Below are positions 12,930 to 27,027 of a stretch of 64,000 bases of DNA, one piece after another. Both the position numbers and the translations under genes were made by a program. The notes below the pieces were generated by a model that was not told where the DNA came from, ran no database searches, and saw nothing but the letters and a program-made list of their open reading frames with translations. Within the stretch, counting starts at the first letter, position 1; each line of letters starts with the position of its first letter. Where the stretch lies: the NCBI GenBank assembly GCA_951406725.2, contig OX597832.1, positions 60,450,001 through 60,514,000 on the forward strand, given 5' to 3'. This stretch comes from Octopus vulgaris (Eukaryota).

Positions 12930-13780
12930 TTAGGTTTACACCCCAAAATTGGCAAGTTACAGACTGACAATGGGATTTACACTTTGGTTTACTCTTTGGG
13001 AACATTTCTCCTGAACAAAACTTCCATCACAAGAAAAAAATCAAGACCAACAATTTGCATTTCATTCCATACAGTTGTGGCAAGAAATATGAAGGTGAGG
13101 TCAGCTGCCCATGAAAAAGAAGGCAACAGAAACATTATAAAGCTGAAAATCCACGAGAAGATTAAGAAAATAAGGCATAGCTCAACCTTTGAGGAAGGAA
13201 AAACAAAGTCAGCAACTCATGTCAAGACAACAGAGAACAATACTGAAAGATAAAAGAATTGGTACATAAGTTGAAAGAATTGGTATGTAAGTTTGTGATA
13301 ACTTCCTCAGTAGATCCAGCAGAAAGATGAACACTAGATAAGAGCCTGTATTTAACAAAGAACATAAAGCCTAAGATCATAAACAAATAAGTTTAAAGCT
13401 CCTAAATTAATTGACCTATGGTACAATAGCACAGTGAATATAAGAGTTGATTAAACACCAAGTAATAAGGGCATTAATTTACTTAGTGGCTATAAGTTCA
13501 ATCCCTAGATCAGTGGATCTGTACATATTCTGGTTGTAGTGTAGTGAACTAGAGGCAACACAAATTTAAGTAAAACTAATATAAAAATATCTCTAACACT
13601 GACAATGGAAGGAGATCAGTTTACCACAGTTGTTTGAATTAAAGATTTGACTTGAAACTCCATGTACGTTACCAAATATGACAGACATTTGAAGAAGGTT
13701 GGAGGATACAACTGCTGAAATGTTGCGATTTACAACCAAAAGAGGAACAACAATCTTGATATATCAGTATACTCATAGTT
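12930..13780 (+). mobile_element. decayed Penelope-like retroelement (GIY-YIG endonuclease end)
   Basis: IPYSCGKKYEGE at about 13064-13099 resembles IPCSCGK.YIGET; tgaagaagg...gaaatgttg at about 13690-13725 resembles the Penelope pseudo-LTR hammerhead core (CUGANGA...GAAA), degraded. Confidence 0.6.
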
Positions 13781-14747
13781 TCTCTCAGTGACTGACCTGT
13801 TGGAAACCTGTAACCAACAATGCTCTCACTCACTAATTACAGTATGCCTTTTTTAAAAATGAAATGGAAAACAAAAATCCGCTTACAAGGAGTGGAACTC
13901 AGCACCATAAGCTAACAAAACATTTTGTCAATGTAACAGTGCATTTGATGCTTAGAGTAGAAACTTGTTCGACACTGCAATACTTATTTAGAGGTAGTGG
14001 GGAAGTTAAAACTTAATTGCAGGTAGACTGCAGATCCAGCACGGTACACGAGAGCTTCTTGCTTGGTGTGTCTGCTACTGCATCAACATGGTTATTTATA
14101 AGGTGATGGTCACCAGGTCAGTTATACATTTTGATTACCCAAAGACCCACTTCCAGAATATAATAATCCTTATCACCAGTAGAGTGAACAAGGAAAAAAC
14201 CCCAGAAAAATGAGCTGAAATATGGAACTGTTTCATAAAGCAGAGAGACAAACTCCATTTAACACATTCATACACACAAACTGATATCACATGCAAAAAG
14301 ACAGCCACTACCACACGGACCAAAATAAACATTGGTACTTAAAACCAAATTACAAACATGCAAGAATATATAACAGATAGGTGTTTGACATATATAAGAG
14401 ACAAGCGCACTCAATACTGGGTGGGAAAGTTTAATATATACCTGAGTATAGCATAATACAATCAACTAATGTGGCTTTGAGCCATTTCGTGAAATTATGT
14501 CGTAATTACTTAATGATACTTGTCAGGTGTTATAAACATCCCAACAGAGTTTGTACAAGATGAATTAACAAAGAGAACAAAAGTGATTGTATTATATATT
14601 AGCCAAAAGAGGAACTTAAACAAAAAAAAAAAAAAAAAGCAAGAAAAACGAAAGGGATTCAAACTAGAGATAAATGATATGTTTATTTTCATTTTGTGAA
14701 ACTGACGAGTTTGAGGACTGGCAAAATTGAGACAAAACTGCTAATTA

Positions 14748-15136
14748 TATGACATGTGTATATATATACATGTATATATACATGTGTATATATATACATG
14801 TGTATATATATATGTATATATACATACATGTATATATACATGTGTATATACATACATGTATATATACATGTGTATATACATACATGTATATATACATGTG
14901 TATATACATGTGTATATACATACATGTATATATACATGTGTATATACATACATGTATATATACATGTGTATATACATGTATATATACATGTGTATATACA
15001 TGTATATATATTTGTATATATATATACATGTATATATGTGTATATATATGTATATATACATGTGTATATATATATGTATATATATACATGTGTATATATA
15101 TATGTATATATACATACATGTATATATACATATGTG

Positions 15137-15225
<89 letters not shown>

Positions 15226-15253
15226 GTGTAATATATATATATATATATATATA

Positions 15254-15332
<79 letters not shown>

Positions 15333-15335
15333 ATG

Positions 15336-15366
<31 letters not shown>

Positions 15367-15369
15367 GTA

Positions 15370-15413
<44 letters not shown>

Positions 15414-15443
15414 CACACACACACACATACATACATACATACA
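14748..15443. repeat. compound (TA)n microsatellite with higher-order CATGTATATATA / CATGTGTATATA units
   Basis: Directly visible. Confidence 0.98.
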
Positions 15444-15659
15444 CAAATGTGAGAAATTTCTGAATACATAATGCAGAATGTATAACAATTAAAAAACTGA
15501 GATTTTTAGACCATTGTCAGTTTTGTGTTTTGCAATGCAGCTTTATGCCACAACTAAATATTATTGAGAAAAAAAAAAGTGGTAAGGCAAAAGCTAAAAT
15601 AACAACGGTTTAAAATTTCAGCTTTTCATTGTTTATGTATGCATGTATATATGTATGAA

Positions 15660-15693
<34 letters not shown>

Positions 15694-16071
15694 GGTATGC
15701 ATGTGTGTAAGTGTATGTATGTGTATATACATATATATATATGCACGCATAAGTGAACTCATAACTATGTATGTTGATATGTATATGGTTAAAAGAAGTT
15801 CGATATATGACAAAAGAAAAAAATGTGATACAGATATCTTCTTGGCCATGTATAAAAAATAAAAGACAAATCATATTTGTCTTAAGATTAAGAAAAGTTC
15901 AAGACACGAATGAAACAAAACCAAAAGATACTTAAACAGTAAGATAAGCAGAAATGAAGAAAGCAAACACGCAATACAATAATAATAATAAAACACTAGT
16001 AAAACAAAGAGCAGTAGTAGAAGCAGGTGTAGCACTAAGGATGATGAAGAAGAGTTTTAGAGCACTACTAC

Positions 16072-16184
16072 CTGGTTGTTCTCATCAAAGTAATTTACAC
16101 TAGCAGCATTAGTAGGAAGTGAGGTGGTGCTAGTAGCAGCACTTGCCATCGATGCAGGCTGGTTAGTGTTGGCAATCATCGGCA
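16072..16184 (-). CDS. mbnl: mbnl frame-shifting cassette exon (exon-8 equivalent), 113 nt, phase 1/0: LPMIANTNQPASMASAATSTTSLPTNAASVNYFDENNQ
   Basis: ccacag acceptor, CAG|gtagta donor; resembles vertebrate exon 8 VPM...SAATTSATSVP...NQ (recalled); bridges phase 1 to the phase-0 zinc-finger frame of exon 4630. Confidence 0.88.
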
Positions 16185-16507
16185 CTGTGGGTGGTTGTCA
16201 TTTGGAAAGTTTTTGTTTTTTTTCAGAAGACAAGAAGGGTCAACAACAGAGGTGGTGGTGGTGTGGTGGTGTTGGCGGCAGCAGCGGTAGCAGCAGCAGC
16301 AGCAGTAGTAGTAGATGACAGCAGCAGGAGCAGCAGTGGTAGCAGCAGCAGCCGATAGCAGCAGCGGCAGCAGGAGTGGTTATAAAAGTGCAGACGAAGC
16401 ACAGGTGACATGCAGAGTAGTGGTACAAGTGCACAGGAGAGGGTCAAGGTATGAAAGAGAGGAATAGCAAAAAAAAAAAGTAAAAAAAAAGAAAAGAAAT
16501 AGTAGAC
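16185..16507 (-). promoter_or_regulatory. about 320-nt AG exclusion zone containing an interrupted CUG tract (more than 20 YGCY)
   Basis: No CT dinucleotide on the plus strand from 16187 to 16507; distal pyrimidine tract 16441-16500; (CUG/CCG)n at 16274-16372; A/C-rich spacer directly before the AG. Confidence 0.75.
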
Positions 16508-17632
16508 CTTATTTTCCTTTTTTTTCTGTGATTTATTTACTATTGTTATTATTATTGTTATTATTGATTTTTTTTTCGCCAAAACATTAAAGGAAGCGAA
16601 AATCCTGGTCTTGGATTCTTCAAGCTTGTCCTGTGCCTGCCATAGGGTAAGGACCAAGAAAAAGCATGCAAGAACACTTCTTACAAGTTTCTAGCTCCAA
16701 AATCATTTGAGAGTTTCTTTTTGATTACAGCAAAATCTTAGCTGTTCTTCACAGGTTTGACCAATGGGAAATGGTGCAAATTATCAATAAAAAGGGCAAT
16801 TATTATTATAATTATTATCATTATCATCGATATCAAGAAGTGTAATTGAAGAGCTAGTGAGAGAAGTGCAAAAAAAATCTCTTGGAAAGGACAAGAGTTA
16901 GAGATGAAAGGCATGAGAAGTATAGAATAGAATAATATGGAAGTCTTAGAGTCATGAAAATGAAAGAATTCCAAGTTGTAAGATGGTGCTTAGTGTGAAC
17001 AGAGTGCATATGCATGTGTTAGTGCCCAGCCTCAAGTCAACCTTAATTAAAAGAAACAAAGAAAACCCAAGATCAAAAGATTCAACCCTGATTAACAAGC
17101 CCTTTATTCCAATACACTGTATTTAGGATTGCATAATTTAATGTCTCATGCCATTTTTAAAGCCTGACAAGAGTAATCAGAGTGAAGTCTGGTTGTTATT
17201 TGTTGCAGGTTGTTTGACCACACAGAAAAGACATGGGCAATGCTTTGATGACAAGAGGGCTGCATGGGATATGTCTCATCATTAGACAGGCCACACTACT
17301 AGTAATTTTTCATTAGGCATTAGGCTATTCAGAAAAGTCCATAGGCTACAGCTTACACATGACTGATATAGAAATTCCCTTGTTTACTCTATGTGATTGC
17401 TGCTTTTATTGTAAAATGGTAGCAATTGGTTTTAGTCAAGCACTGAGGGCTGAAACCAAATGATAGTTAAGGAACAAGCCGCAAGTCAAACACATCAAGT
17501 ATGGACTGATAATAACAGCTGACTAGAACACACAAAGTATATTCTGTATCTAAGGGTGTTAGGATTTTGAGAATGTAATATGCATATCTGCTTGGCTGCC
17601 TGTCATTTCTAGACAGAATTTGGAATGTAATT

Positions 17633-17767
17633 TGTAAACCAAGAGGCTTAAAGTTTATGCTAGTGTAACAGAATGGCTGTAAACCAAGAGGCTTAAAGTT
17701 TATGCTAGTGTAACAGAATGGCTGTAAACCAAGAGGCTTAAAGTTTATGCTAGTGTAACAGAATGGC
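17633..17767. repeat. three perfect tandem copies of a 45-bp unit
   Basis: tgtaaaccaagaggcttaaagtttatgctagtgtaacagaatggc starts at 17633, 17678 and 17723 with no spacers. Confidence 0.97.
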
Positions 17768-20700
17768 AGAGATTCAAAAAGTTAAACTATTCAAAGAGTA
17801 AGTTTTGATGGGATTAAAAAGAATAAAAGAGAAATTTCTGGTGAACTAATAGTCTTTCAAGAGAGAACTGCCTTAGGATTAATACAAAAGAAATGTCTTA
17901 AGGTTAATAATTTATTCTCATTTGAAGTCTTTAACCATTTGGTGCGATCTCGCTACAGACTACTATTGGTTTTATAATATAAAGTTTCCACTTTTAAAAT
18001 GGCTGAGTAGTTAGAGTCTTGACTAGAATGCTTGTCCTAGGTCTTTGATCTCTTGAGTTCAAATCCTGCAGTGGTCAACTTTTCCTTTTATCCTTTCAGG
18101 GATTGTAAATTAAGCACCAGTCCATGGTGAGGGATTAGAAGGATTGTAACACTGTCAGGACAAGATGCTGTGTTGTGTATGATCCAGCTTTTGCATCCTG
18201 GTCTTTGATGGCTAAGCAGAACTTGAATTCTGCTGAGTCATCAGTGAACAGAGCTTAATTACCCAAACATTGGCACGACACATTTAACCTGCAATTGGAC
18301 AAGCAAGCATACAACCAGCATAGATAAGCTGCTAACAGGATGCTGAAGTTGCATCTAGTAATGAAAATAGCTAAATAGAATTTAGATTAAAACCTTCCCT
18401 TATAATTTTTTGTAAAAGTCTCTTCTCAAATTACGTTTCAAACACTAACTTAAGAATAAAAAAATGTTCCAGTCTTGACCACCCCTTTCATGTTTTCTCA
18501 TGTTTTTTTTCTTTTTTCACAAGATAAGTTTACCTAGGACTACATTATCCAAAGAAGACTATGATTTGTTGTTGGTGAGAACAAGGTCAAAAAGTCCACA
18601 AAAGCACAACTATAATCAGAGTATGTAGGATTACTTTATCTAATCTACCCTTTCTCTAGTAAGATATGATTTAAGAAAGATGGGTGCTATTTCTAGCATA
18701 TTAAGAAGCCATGTAGAGGCCCTCTCTCATTGCCAAGTTAGAAATTAATGTTGTTTATTAGTGTGGTTAAAAACTAGAATTTTTCTTTCCTATCCACACC
18801 AGACAATTGCTGAGAAACAAATATTATCTAGCAGAGCTTCACAGATAGATTCATTCAGTAGCATGCAATAAGCCAATGAGCAGACAAAGAGCTTTTATTG
18901 ACAGCAGTAGGTATTTGATCTTGACAACAGGTTACTGGGAGAAAATACAGTAATGAAATAGGGAGAGAAAGGGAAGGAGAGAGATGGGAGATTAAGATTT
19001 TTATCCTCAATGAAAAATACACCTTTCATACCAGCAGCATGAAGATTTACTTAAGTTCTGTTGCAAAAAGCACATGTGGCTAATCTTTAGGATTAAGCAT
19101 AAAGAAGAAAAATATGAAAAAAGAGGAGTTTAACACAAAAGAATTTTGTTTTTAAACTTTATTTTGTTTTTGGTTTTTGAATCTTGTCTTTTTAACAGAA
19201 AAGGAAGAGTTAATGAAATAGAAATCATGCACAAATCCCCTTCAACATTGTCTGTTAAATAAGATAATAGCTAAGCTAGGTGTGGTGTTGTTATCCAGAA
19301 TGGGCCGCATTGTTTAAACTGGTTGATTTATGTATGAAATTTAGCAGCTGGAAGTTAAAGAAAGGAAAGAAAAAAAAAAAAGGAAAAAAACAAAGAAAGA
19401 AAAAAATGTGGTTTGAATAGTTAAAACAAATCTCATCTAGAAGCAGATTTTTAATGTATGCAGGGTAAGAATAAAAAGAAAAAAGAAAAAACAGGAAAGA
19501 AGACAGATGGCAGTACAAGAAGTGCCTACTTTTGCAATAAGCAGGAGGGATTTGTTAGCAATGAGATAGAAGAACATGAAAGGTTAACAAAGAATACAAG
19601 GTTGGAAGATAGGCAGTGATATGTAAGTAAAAGTGTATCTTGTTTTGCAAGTTTATGGCAGGTCAACCTATTAAATCTAGACCAGGATTTCCAAAAGCAG
19701 AATAGTTAACATTTAATATGCAAACTTAAGACAACAAATATTATTGAATGCATCTGGCCATAATATACATACATATACACACACGTTCATATATATAATG
19801 CACGTAAATAGAGTGGTATCGATTAAGTGACAAAAGCAAATTGATGATTAAGCAATTATTATTATTTATTCAAACTACAAACAAGTAACTATTAAATAAG
19901 CTTAATGCATTTATTGACAATATCAATAATACCACAAAAATTTATGTCACTTTTTAATCATTTTTTTCCCCCAGCAAAATGTAACGTTTGCATCTGGTAC
20001 ACTAATGTTAAACCAGGTACCTGAAATATCTAAAAATTGAATCGCATTTGTAAGGCATTGAATATATGTTTGAACATATGCTCTGGAGTTTCTGCCTGTT
20101 ATTTCTTTTTTTTTTTCTAGCTATATATTCCATATGATGCAAGTTCCTCAATTTTTTTCATTAAAATGCTCATGATGACCCATTTTTACAAGTTTTCTAT
20201 TAACTTAAATCTAAGGATGGTGAGGGCCACTGCAGTATGGACATTTTCTTGCTTTTACATAAGAACTTTTAATTATTTATGCACTATTTTTCAGATCATC
20301 ATTGTCATGCTGACAAATCCATTGACAATCAGCCCAACTAGCTCCTTGCAAATGGAAAGCATAACCTTCTCCAAGCCAGGTTCTTCAGATAATATGTTTT
20401 GTCCATTATGTTTTGACTGACTTCTTTTCCACAAATACAACGCCAAATCCAGGACATTGTCAGCACCATACATTCTTGTTGTAATTCTTCTCTTGTATGA
20501 CATCAGATGTATATTTGGCTGTCAAATCAAAGCAAATTAAATTTTGATTGATCCAACAACTACATCTTGGACCAGTCTGGTAATGCCCAATTCTTAAGCT
20601 CCTGAACAAATGAATGAAGAAGCATCAGGTTTTCAGAGAAATGTACATCATTTTATTAAACAAAATGCCCCCCCCCCCACCACAAGCCCAGACAGCATTA

Positions 20701-23700
20701 ATTCATTTCATTTTAATATGATACCCATCTGCAAGTGATATTTCAGCCAAATGCCATTTAAAATGTCAACAGCATTCATATTTTAGTTCCTCATAGATAA
20801 CCAATGAATGTATTGGTCCATCCTTCAGCAGACATTAGTGATGGTCCTAATAAAAAATGAGCAGAATAGTCACTAGTTTTGTTGAAGGTATCCACAGAAT
20901 GGCAAATAAGAATTGCTGAACAACTAATTTCAGAAGCGATGTCTCAAAAATTCCTTTACAGCTTATGTAGTAAGACAATTATTTATCATGTCCTTGATAA
21001 GCATTTTCTTTCATCAATTACAAAAGATCACAATATGATATAATCCAATATTTTTTAGAACTAATTTACATCATCTCAAATACAAATATTAAAATATTTT
21101 GCTTAAAATATACTTAAATCAAGTGACATTTACTTGTGTGGCTTTATTAATGTTTTCAATAACAATATTAGGTTAATTAAAATTTAGATTTTTAAACTTA
21201 CATCATGTAAAGGAGTAGAACAGACTTTTTATTTATTCATGGATACTTTCGGTCGTGATTAATGAGTGTTTAATCCCCACGTGCTTTTGACTTAAAAATA
21301 AGTAAGACCACTCTATATATTATATATATGCATTTACACACACACACACATATATACATACACACACATATACATACACACACACATATACATACACACG
21401 CACACACATATATACATACACACACACATATATATACACACACACACATATATATACATACACACACATATACATATGTATATATATATACAGACACACA
21501 CGTGTATACAAATATGTGTGTATACAAATATATATATGTGTATACAAATGTGTGTGTATATATACAAATATATATGTGTATATAAAGTAGTCATTGATTA
21601 TGGCCAGTCAGAAAATTACCATCAATTTCACATCTGCATACACACACAAACATATATTAAAGAGAGGGACAGAGAGAGAGAGAGAGAGAGAATGCGAAGT
21701 AAAAACTTCAGAGACTTGATTGAACAAAGTTTGTTAATCTCTCCTGTTTAGGATTCAGAATGAGGCTGTCAAGGTATAAATAATAAGGAGGGGAAAAGGG
21801 GTGGGTGGGTGTTATGGCCAACTGGCAAGGTGTTAGATTCTCAAGAAACAGAGTTACAGTAAAAAATAAAAAGATATATAAAGAAACAACCCTGTGATGA
21901 TAAAATAGTTATAGCAATGGTAGCAAGCAATAAGGGAATACAGAAATAGCAGTTGTTGGAACTGTTGTCAGGCATTCTGAATGGTAAACAAGGAAAGGGA
22001 GAAGAACAGATCATTAATTTCTGTTTTAGTTAAGCTTTAAGTATTTCAAAGAAAGCAGGATTCAGACACAAGAGTAAAAAAAAAAAAAAACATAGAAAGG
22101 AAAAAAAAAAGAGCAGATTGTCATTAAAGAAAGCAAAAAGAATATCATCATCATCATTGTTATTATTCCTTTTTTTTTTTTGCATCTTGGTTTTGTAATG
22201 TAACTTCATCTATCACACTGTGGCAAAGAAATTACTGTTACTGTTTTTTTTTTTCTCTTAATTGAAAGAAAATGAAGCAATATTAACATTGAGGGAGAAT
22301 ATAAGATAAGAAAAAAGCAGATAAGGAAGGGAAGGATAAAAATTGATCAACAACAGCAATGGAAAAAATGAATAACAAGTTAAATGTTACACAAAACTGT
22401 GTAGATCAAATGAAACTGAATGAGTTGTTAAGAATTCCATTTGAAGGGTGGACTGGGATTTAGAGAGAAAGAGAGAGAGAAAGGTGGGTAAGATAAACCC
22501 TGCCCTTTTAACTCACCAGGTGGGATACCAAGGTGGAAAAAAAAAAAAATAATAAAGTGTAAAAAGAATAAATCAAAACTAAATAAAAGACAATGAAACA
22601 TTTAAGACAAAAGATCTGCACTAATTTAGGGTAAAGTGCACAATGATGGAAATATAATGCCTCTCTGGTTGGGGAAAATAAGGATACTCTACAAGTTCTT
22701 TATGCAGAAGGCAACCCGAGGAAACTTACGATTGCTTATTCAGAAATTATTTCCACACCAGAAACAGGTATACGAATTATCAAATTATTCTCATGTTTTG
22801 GCCTTCCATTAAGAATTTTCTGTGATAAAAATAGAAAGTATGTTTTTGCCCCCACCCCCATAATTTTTAGGGAAAAGTTGGACTAGACTTGTCAGTTGAA
22901 TAAAATGTCAAACTACATTGGCAGGGGTTTTGCAAACCACAGCTTCTCTTGCTTGACACATTTAAGTTTGCTTAAAAAGTTCTTGATTAAGGAGTTTCTA
23001 ATGAGGGAAAAAAAGTACTCTAGCAGTTCTGTGAGTTTGTGGTAATTATGATGTTTTGCTAGTTGAAAAGATCTAATGAAACAAAAACAAGATTGTGGAG
23101 TTGTACCAGATCAGACCCCACACCCACCCCACCACCTATTTCCATTTAATTTCAGAGATCTCTTTCCTGTTCCCTTTCAAAAAAAAAAAAATAATAATAA
23201 TTTTAAATCAAGTATTCTTTAAAGTAAATGCTTTTTGCCAACATAATGTGGCTGTCCTGAAAGGGACGATGTTACTGTTGTTATAGTCCCGAGAAACATT
23301 GTTTCTAGCTGGCTATACTACACACTGTGTCCTTATATTTTCAAACGGGGAGCTCAGCAAATTAAAATATTATCAACACAAATGACTTTTATTCTTGTTA
23401 CCATTATAAACTGATAAAAAGGATAAAAAAGAAACAAAAAACCTTCTTGGTTTCACACTTGAAACATTTTAGTCAGCACTTAACTATAAACCCACTGGGA
23501 CTGAAAAGTTGCTTGCTAAAAGTGGAGAGTTCAGACTGTAACAAGACACAAGTTTTAAAATTGAATAAAAAGTACAGCAGAAATATATTACTAGCAAGTC
23601 AGGAGTTGCAGATAAGATGAACAAACATTTCAAGTGAGATCAGTGAATTAAAGATAACACCCTAGAGTGGGTAAGCTGCTGCAGAGTCTGGAATTTCAGT

Positions 23701-26564
23701 AATTATATTGGAAATGAAGAAGAAAACATCCCGGGAAGAATTGTATATTGGTAAGTTATGAGGTGAAGGAACATTATCTCATATCTCATCATAACCTTAT
23801 ATTGTATGAGATGGAACCAGAATTTAAGACATACACATTGTATGTGTGTGTGTGTGTGTGTGTATTTGTTTGTATATGAATGTGTGCATACATGTATATT
23901 CTTCTCTGACAGCTACAGGAGAGGAAAAAGTTACCCTACATCATCACAGAGCAACTCAAACAGACTGTTGGTGGTTTCATCATATCTACTTTTATGTTAA
24001 GAGAGGAAGTTGGTTAAGGATACATTTCCCTCCTAAAGTGCAAGATGAAGATTAATTTCAAGTCAGCCCAAATCAATGAAACTATTTGTCTATCAACTTC
24101 AGTAACTGGCAACTTTTACTAAGCAATGTGGGGAGGGTTAAGGGTTAAGCACACACACACACACACACACAGAATCAATTTGAACAAGTAGTAAGAAATA
24201 GATATTAAATCAAGTTTGCAAATATATGCAGCTTGTACAGTGAATCTCTAACAAGAATTCTCCGTTTGTAATGATATAAACTAGTCGGTTCGTAACAGGA
24301 AATTAGAATATACTCCTGCACCACTATAATAATAATAAAAAGAAAACAAAGACTGCTGACATTGGCATGAAACCACACATTTATAAAGGAGTTATGTCCT
24401 CAATCAAATCAATCAATCTCAATATATTGATGTATCAGTATTAATATTGTAATTTTATTGACTCTGGAGAGATGAAAACCAAAAATGATGTCAGCAATAT
24501 TTGAACTCAAAACACGAAATAATTAAACAAGAACTGCTAAGAGTTCAATCTAAACTTCTTTGGGTTTTCTTCTCCACAGACTGTAGTGGTAGCAGAAGTA
24601 GTAAGTAAAAGGAGTAGACAAAGGAACACACACAAATTAATTTACAGATTAAACAAATGAAAAGAAAATATAGATTGTTGTGCTGAATACAAGGCTGTGT
24701 TGTTAAGTTGTTTGCTTTGCAAGTACAAATCTCTAGGTTCAATTCCTTTGTGTGTACCACGGGCAAGTGCTTTCTGTCACAGCCTCACTTTGCCTGATAC
24801 CATGTGAGTGAAATTTGGAAGCCATCATGTGTGCATGTTCTATGTATGTGTGTGTGTGTGTGTGTGTTCTTGTTTGTTCAATTCAATATATATTGAAATA
24901 AAAAGTAAACATGAGGCAAGGAAGAAGAAAAAAAGAGAAACAAACTAAAAAAAAAAAGCCAGAGCTAGGTAAGTACATATGTTCTACTTTGAGTTGAACA
25001 TTCCCTTGTCAAGTGCAAAGCCATGAACAAGTAAGTGAATGGTCCTTTGAGACCCATAGCTTTCCACAAGTAGTATTTGTGTTTTGGCTGGACACTTAAC
25101 TGTAAGCATCCCAGTTTATCAAGACAGGAATAAGAACACAGATTCTGATATAGTTACCTGCAACAGACAAATGTCCTATCCAGATAAAGTTATCAATTGT
25201 CCACTTTATAACATTAAAAGTAAGGTAAGGCATGGGTCCTTACAGATAGATCCTCTGACAGATGAAGTAGGATATTTATGGGAATGTTCTATATCCAATA
25301 TTTCAGATTAAGGTAAGAAAGATGGTTTTACAAATTTCAACATCTAAACACTGCTGAAGCAAAAGCAAATGGTATTTTGTTTAACTTTTTGCTTTTTAAA
25401 GCTAATTGCTGTTTCTGTTTAGCTTCAAGTTAACTGTGACTGAGCAGACCATGATAAAAGACATTCCAACTGTGAATAAACCTACCTTTTAAAGAAGCAT
25501 GCATACAAATACATTATTCCAGGTGTTCATTGCTTACTTCTGTCAGTTCCTTACTGAAGGGCAGTTTCAAAGGAAATTTAGCTCCTGTTTTAGCAGAATG
25601 AGCAACTGTGTAGGAAATCCTTCTTTGGCTTGAAAAATTTTCTGCTACATTGGGGAATGAATTTGGTTTTTATCTCTTCTTATGGCAAGCCATTTAACAA
25701 CGAAGTAGCATTCCTTATTCATTTGCTGATTAAGTAGTTACAGAAACGTCTTATCTAGCAGGGAGAGAAAAGACACAAAAATCCCAACAGATGTATCAAA
25801 GTTGGAACTGATAATTTATGTAGTCAGGAGTCTACTGAGAGCTGAGTAGCATGGTCAATTAGTTGCTATGAATTCTATTGTCTCAGGCATTCACCACAAA
25901 GAAAGGGACTATAAAGCTGGAGAAGCCCTTGATTTTAGAGGTAAGGAGACAATGGACTGAGTATGTGGCTGGAACTGATATTTGTGAACATACCTTCTGT
26001 GAAAGACAGGAACAACAGAATATTCTAGACACTCCCAAAATGCAAATTAAAAACAAAAGAAAAAAGTCCACCCCCACCCTATCTCTGTTTCTGAATTAAT
26101 GTAAAGACAGTTGGCTGGCAAAAGCGAGTGTGTTAAATATGAGTATTCCACAGTCGATTAATCCATAGTTGTCTAAAGATTTCTTCAAGCCATCCCATTT
26201 GAATGACTTCCAGCATACCCAAGTCATTCTGGAGTTATGCCCATGTCTCACTGCTACCATACCACAAGAGAGAGATGATAAAGATAATAAATGTGGATTT
26301 TTGTGTGCATATTGAGCTGTTCCATTGTTTCTGAACATGCTAATTAAGGAGGCCAGAGGCCAAAGATGTCAATACAAATCTTTTTTTGGTACATAATGAA
26401 GTAGAAATTTCATTTTCTTCAACTAATGATCCAAGATATGGAAACATTGTGACTTGTCCCATTTGTACTCTGAATATAATTCATTGAAATTTTATCTGGA
26501 ACAAGTATTTTGGACTCAGAAATAAACCATCCAAAATTAGAAAGAATTAGAAATAATTCTTATT

Positions 26565-26970
26565 TTGGCACAGGACCAGCAGTTTTGAGGGGAAAAGCAA
26601 GTTGATTACATCAGCCTCATACTTGGTTGATACTTTATTTCATCGACACCGAAAGGATGAAAGGTAAAACTGACCACGACAAGATCAGAACTCAGAATGT
26701 ACGGAACCAGATGAAATGTCACTAAGCATTTTGTCTGATGCACCATTTTGCCAGCTCAATGCCTTTACTACTACTGTGCTAATAATAATAATCCTTTCTA
26801 TTATAGGCACAAGGCCTGAAATTTTGTGAGAGTGCTCAACTGGTATTGTTTTATTGATCATGAAAGGCTGAAAGGTAGAGTCGACCTTGGTGGAATTTGC
26901 ACTCAGAGCATCAAGACATACACAATGCCAGTAAGCTGGCATGCTAATGATTCTACCAGATTGCCAGCTT
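26565..26970 (-). mobile_element. two tandem SINE-like copies, same family as 7096-7310
   Basis: Each has ggcaca(a)gg...gaaagg(a/c)tgaaaggta...gaactcag/gcactcag...gccagct. Confidence 0.7.
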
Positions 26971-27027
26971 AAATAATATTATGCGATTGATTCTGCCATT
27001 AATTGATAATAATAATAATGATAATAA

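Noticed and set aside
8760-14170. Phase-0 candidate exons starting near 8902, 12050 and 14168
   Set aside because: Marginal splice sites and no family similarity; not needed for frame continuity.
17633-17767. CRISPR-like direct repeats
   Set aside because: Head-to-tail copies with no spacers, in a eukaryotic intron, with no cas genes.
20166-21000. ORF-like stretches here and at 38300-39400 and 59520-60700
   Set aside because: Stop-riddled and no diagnostic motif recognised; probably ancient transposon debris, left unassigned.
22517-22578. Exon ending at a strong CTG|gtgagt donor
   Set aside because: The nearest acceptor gives a poly-T, Phe-rich implausible peptide.
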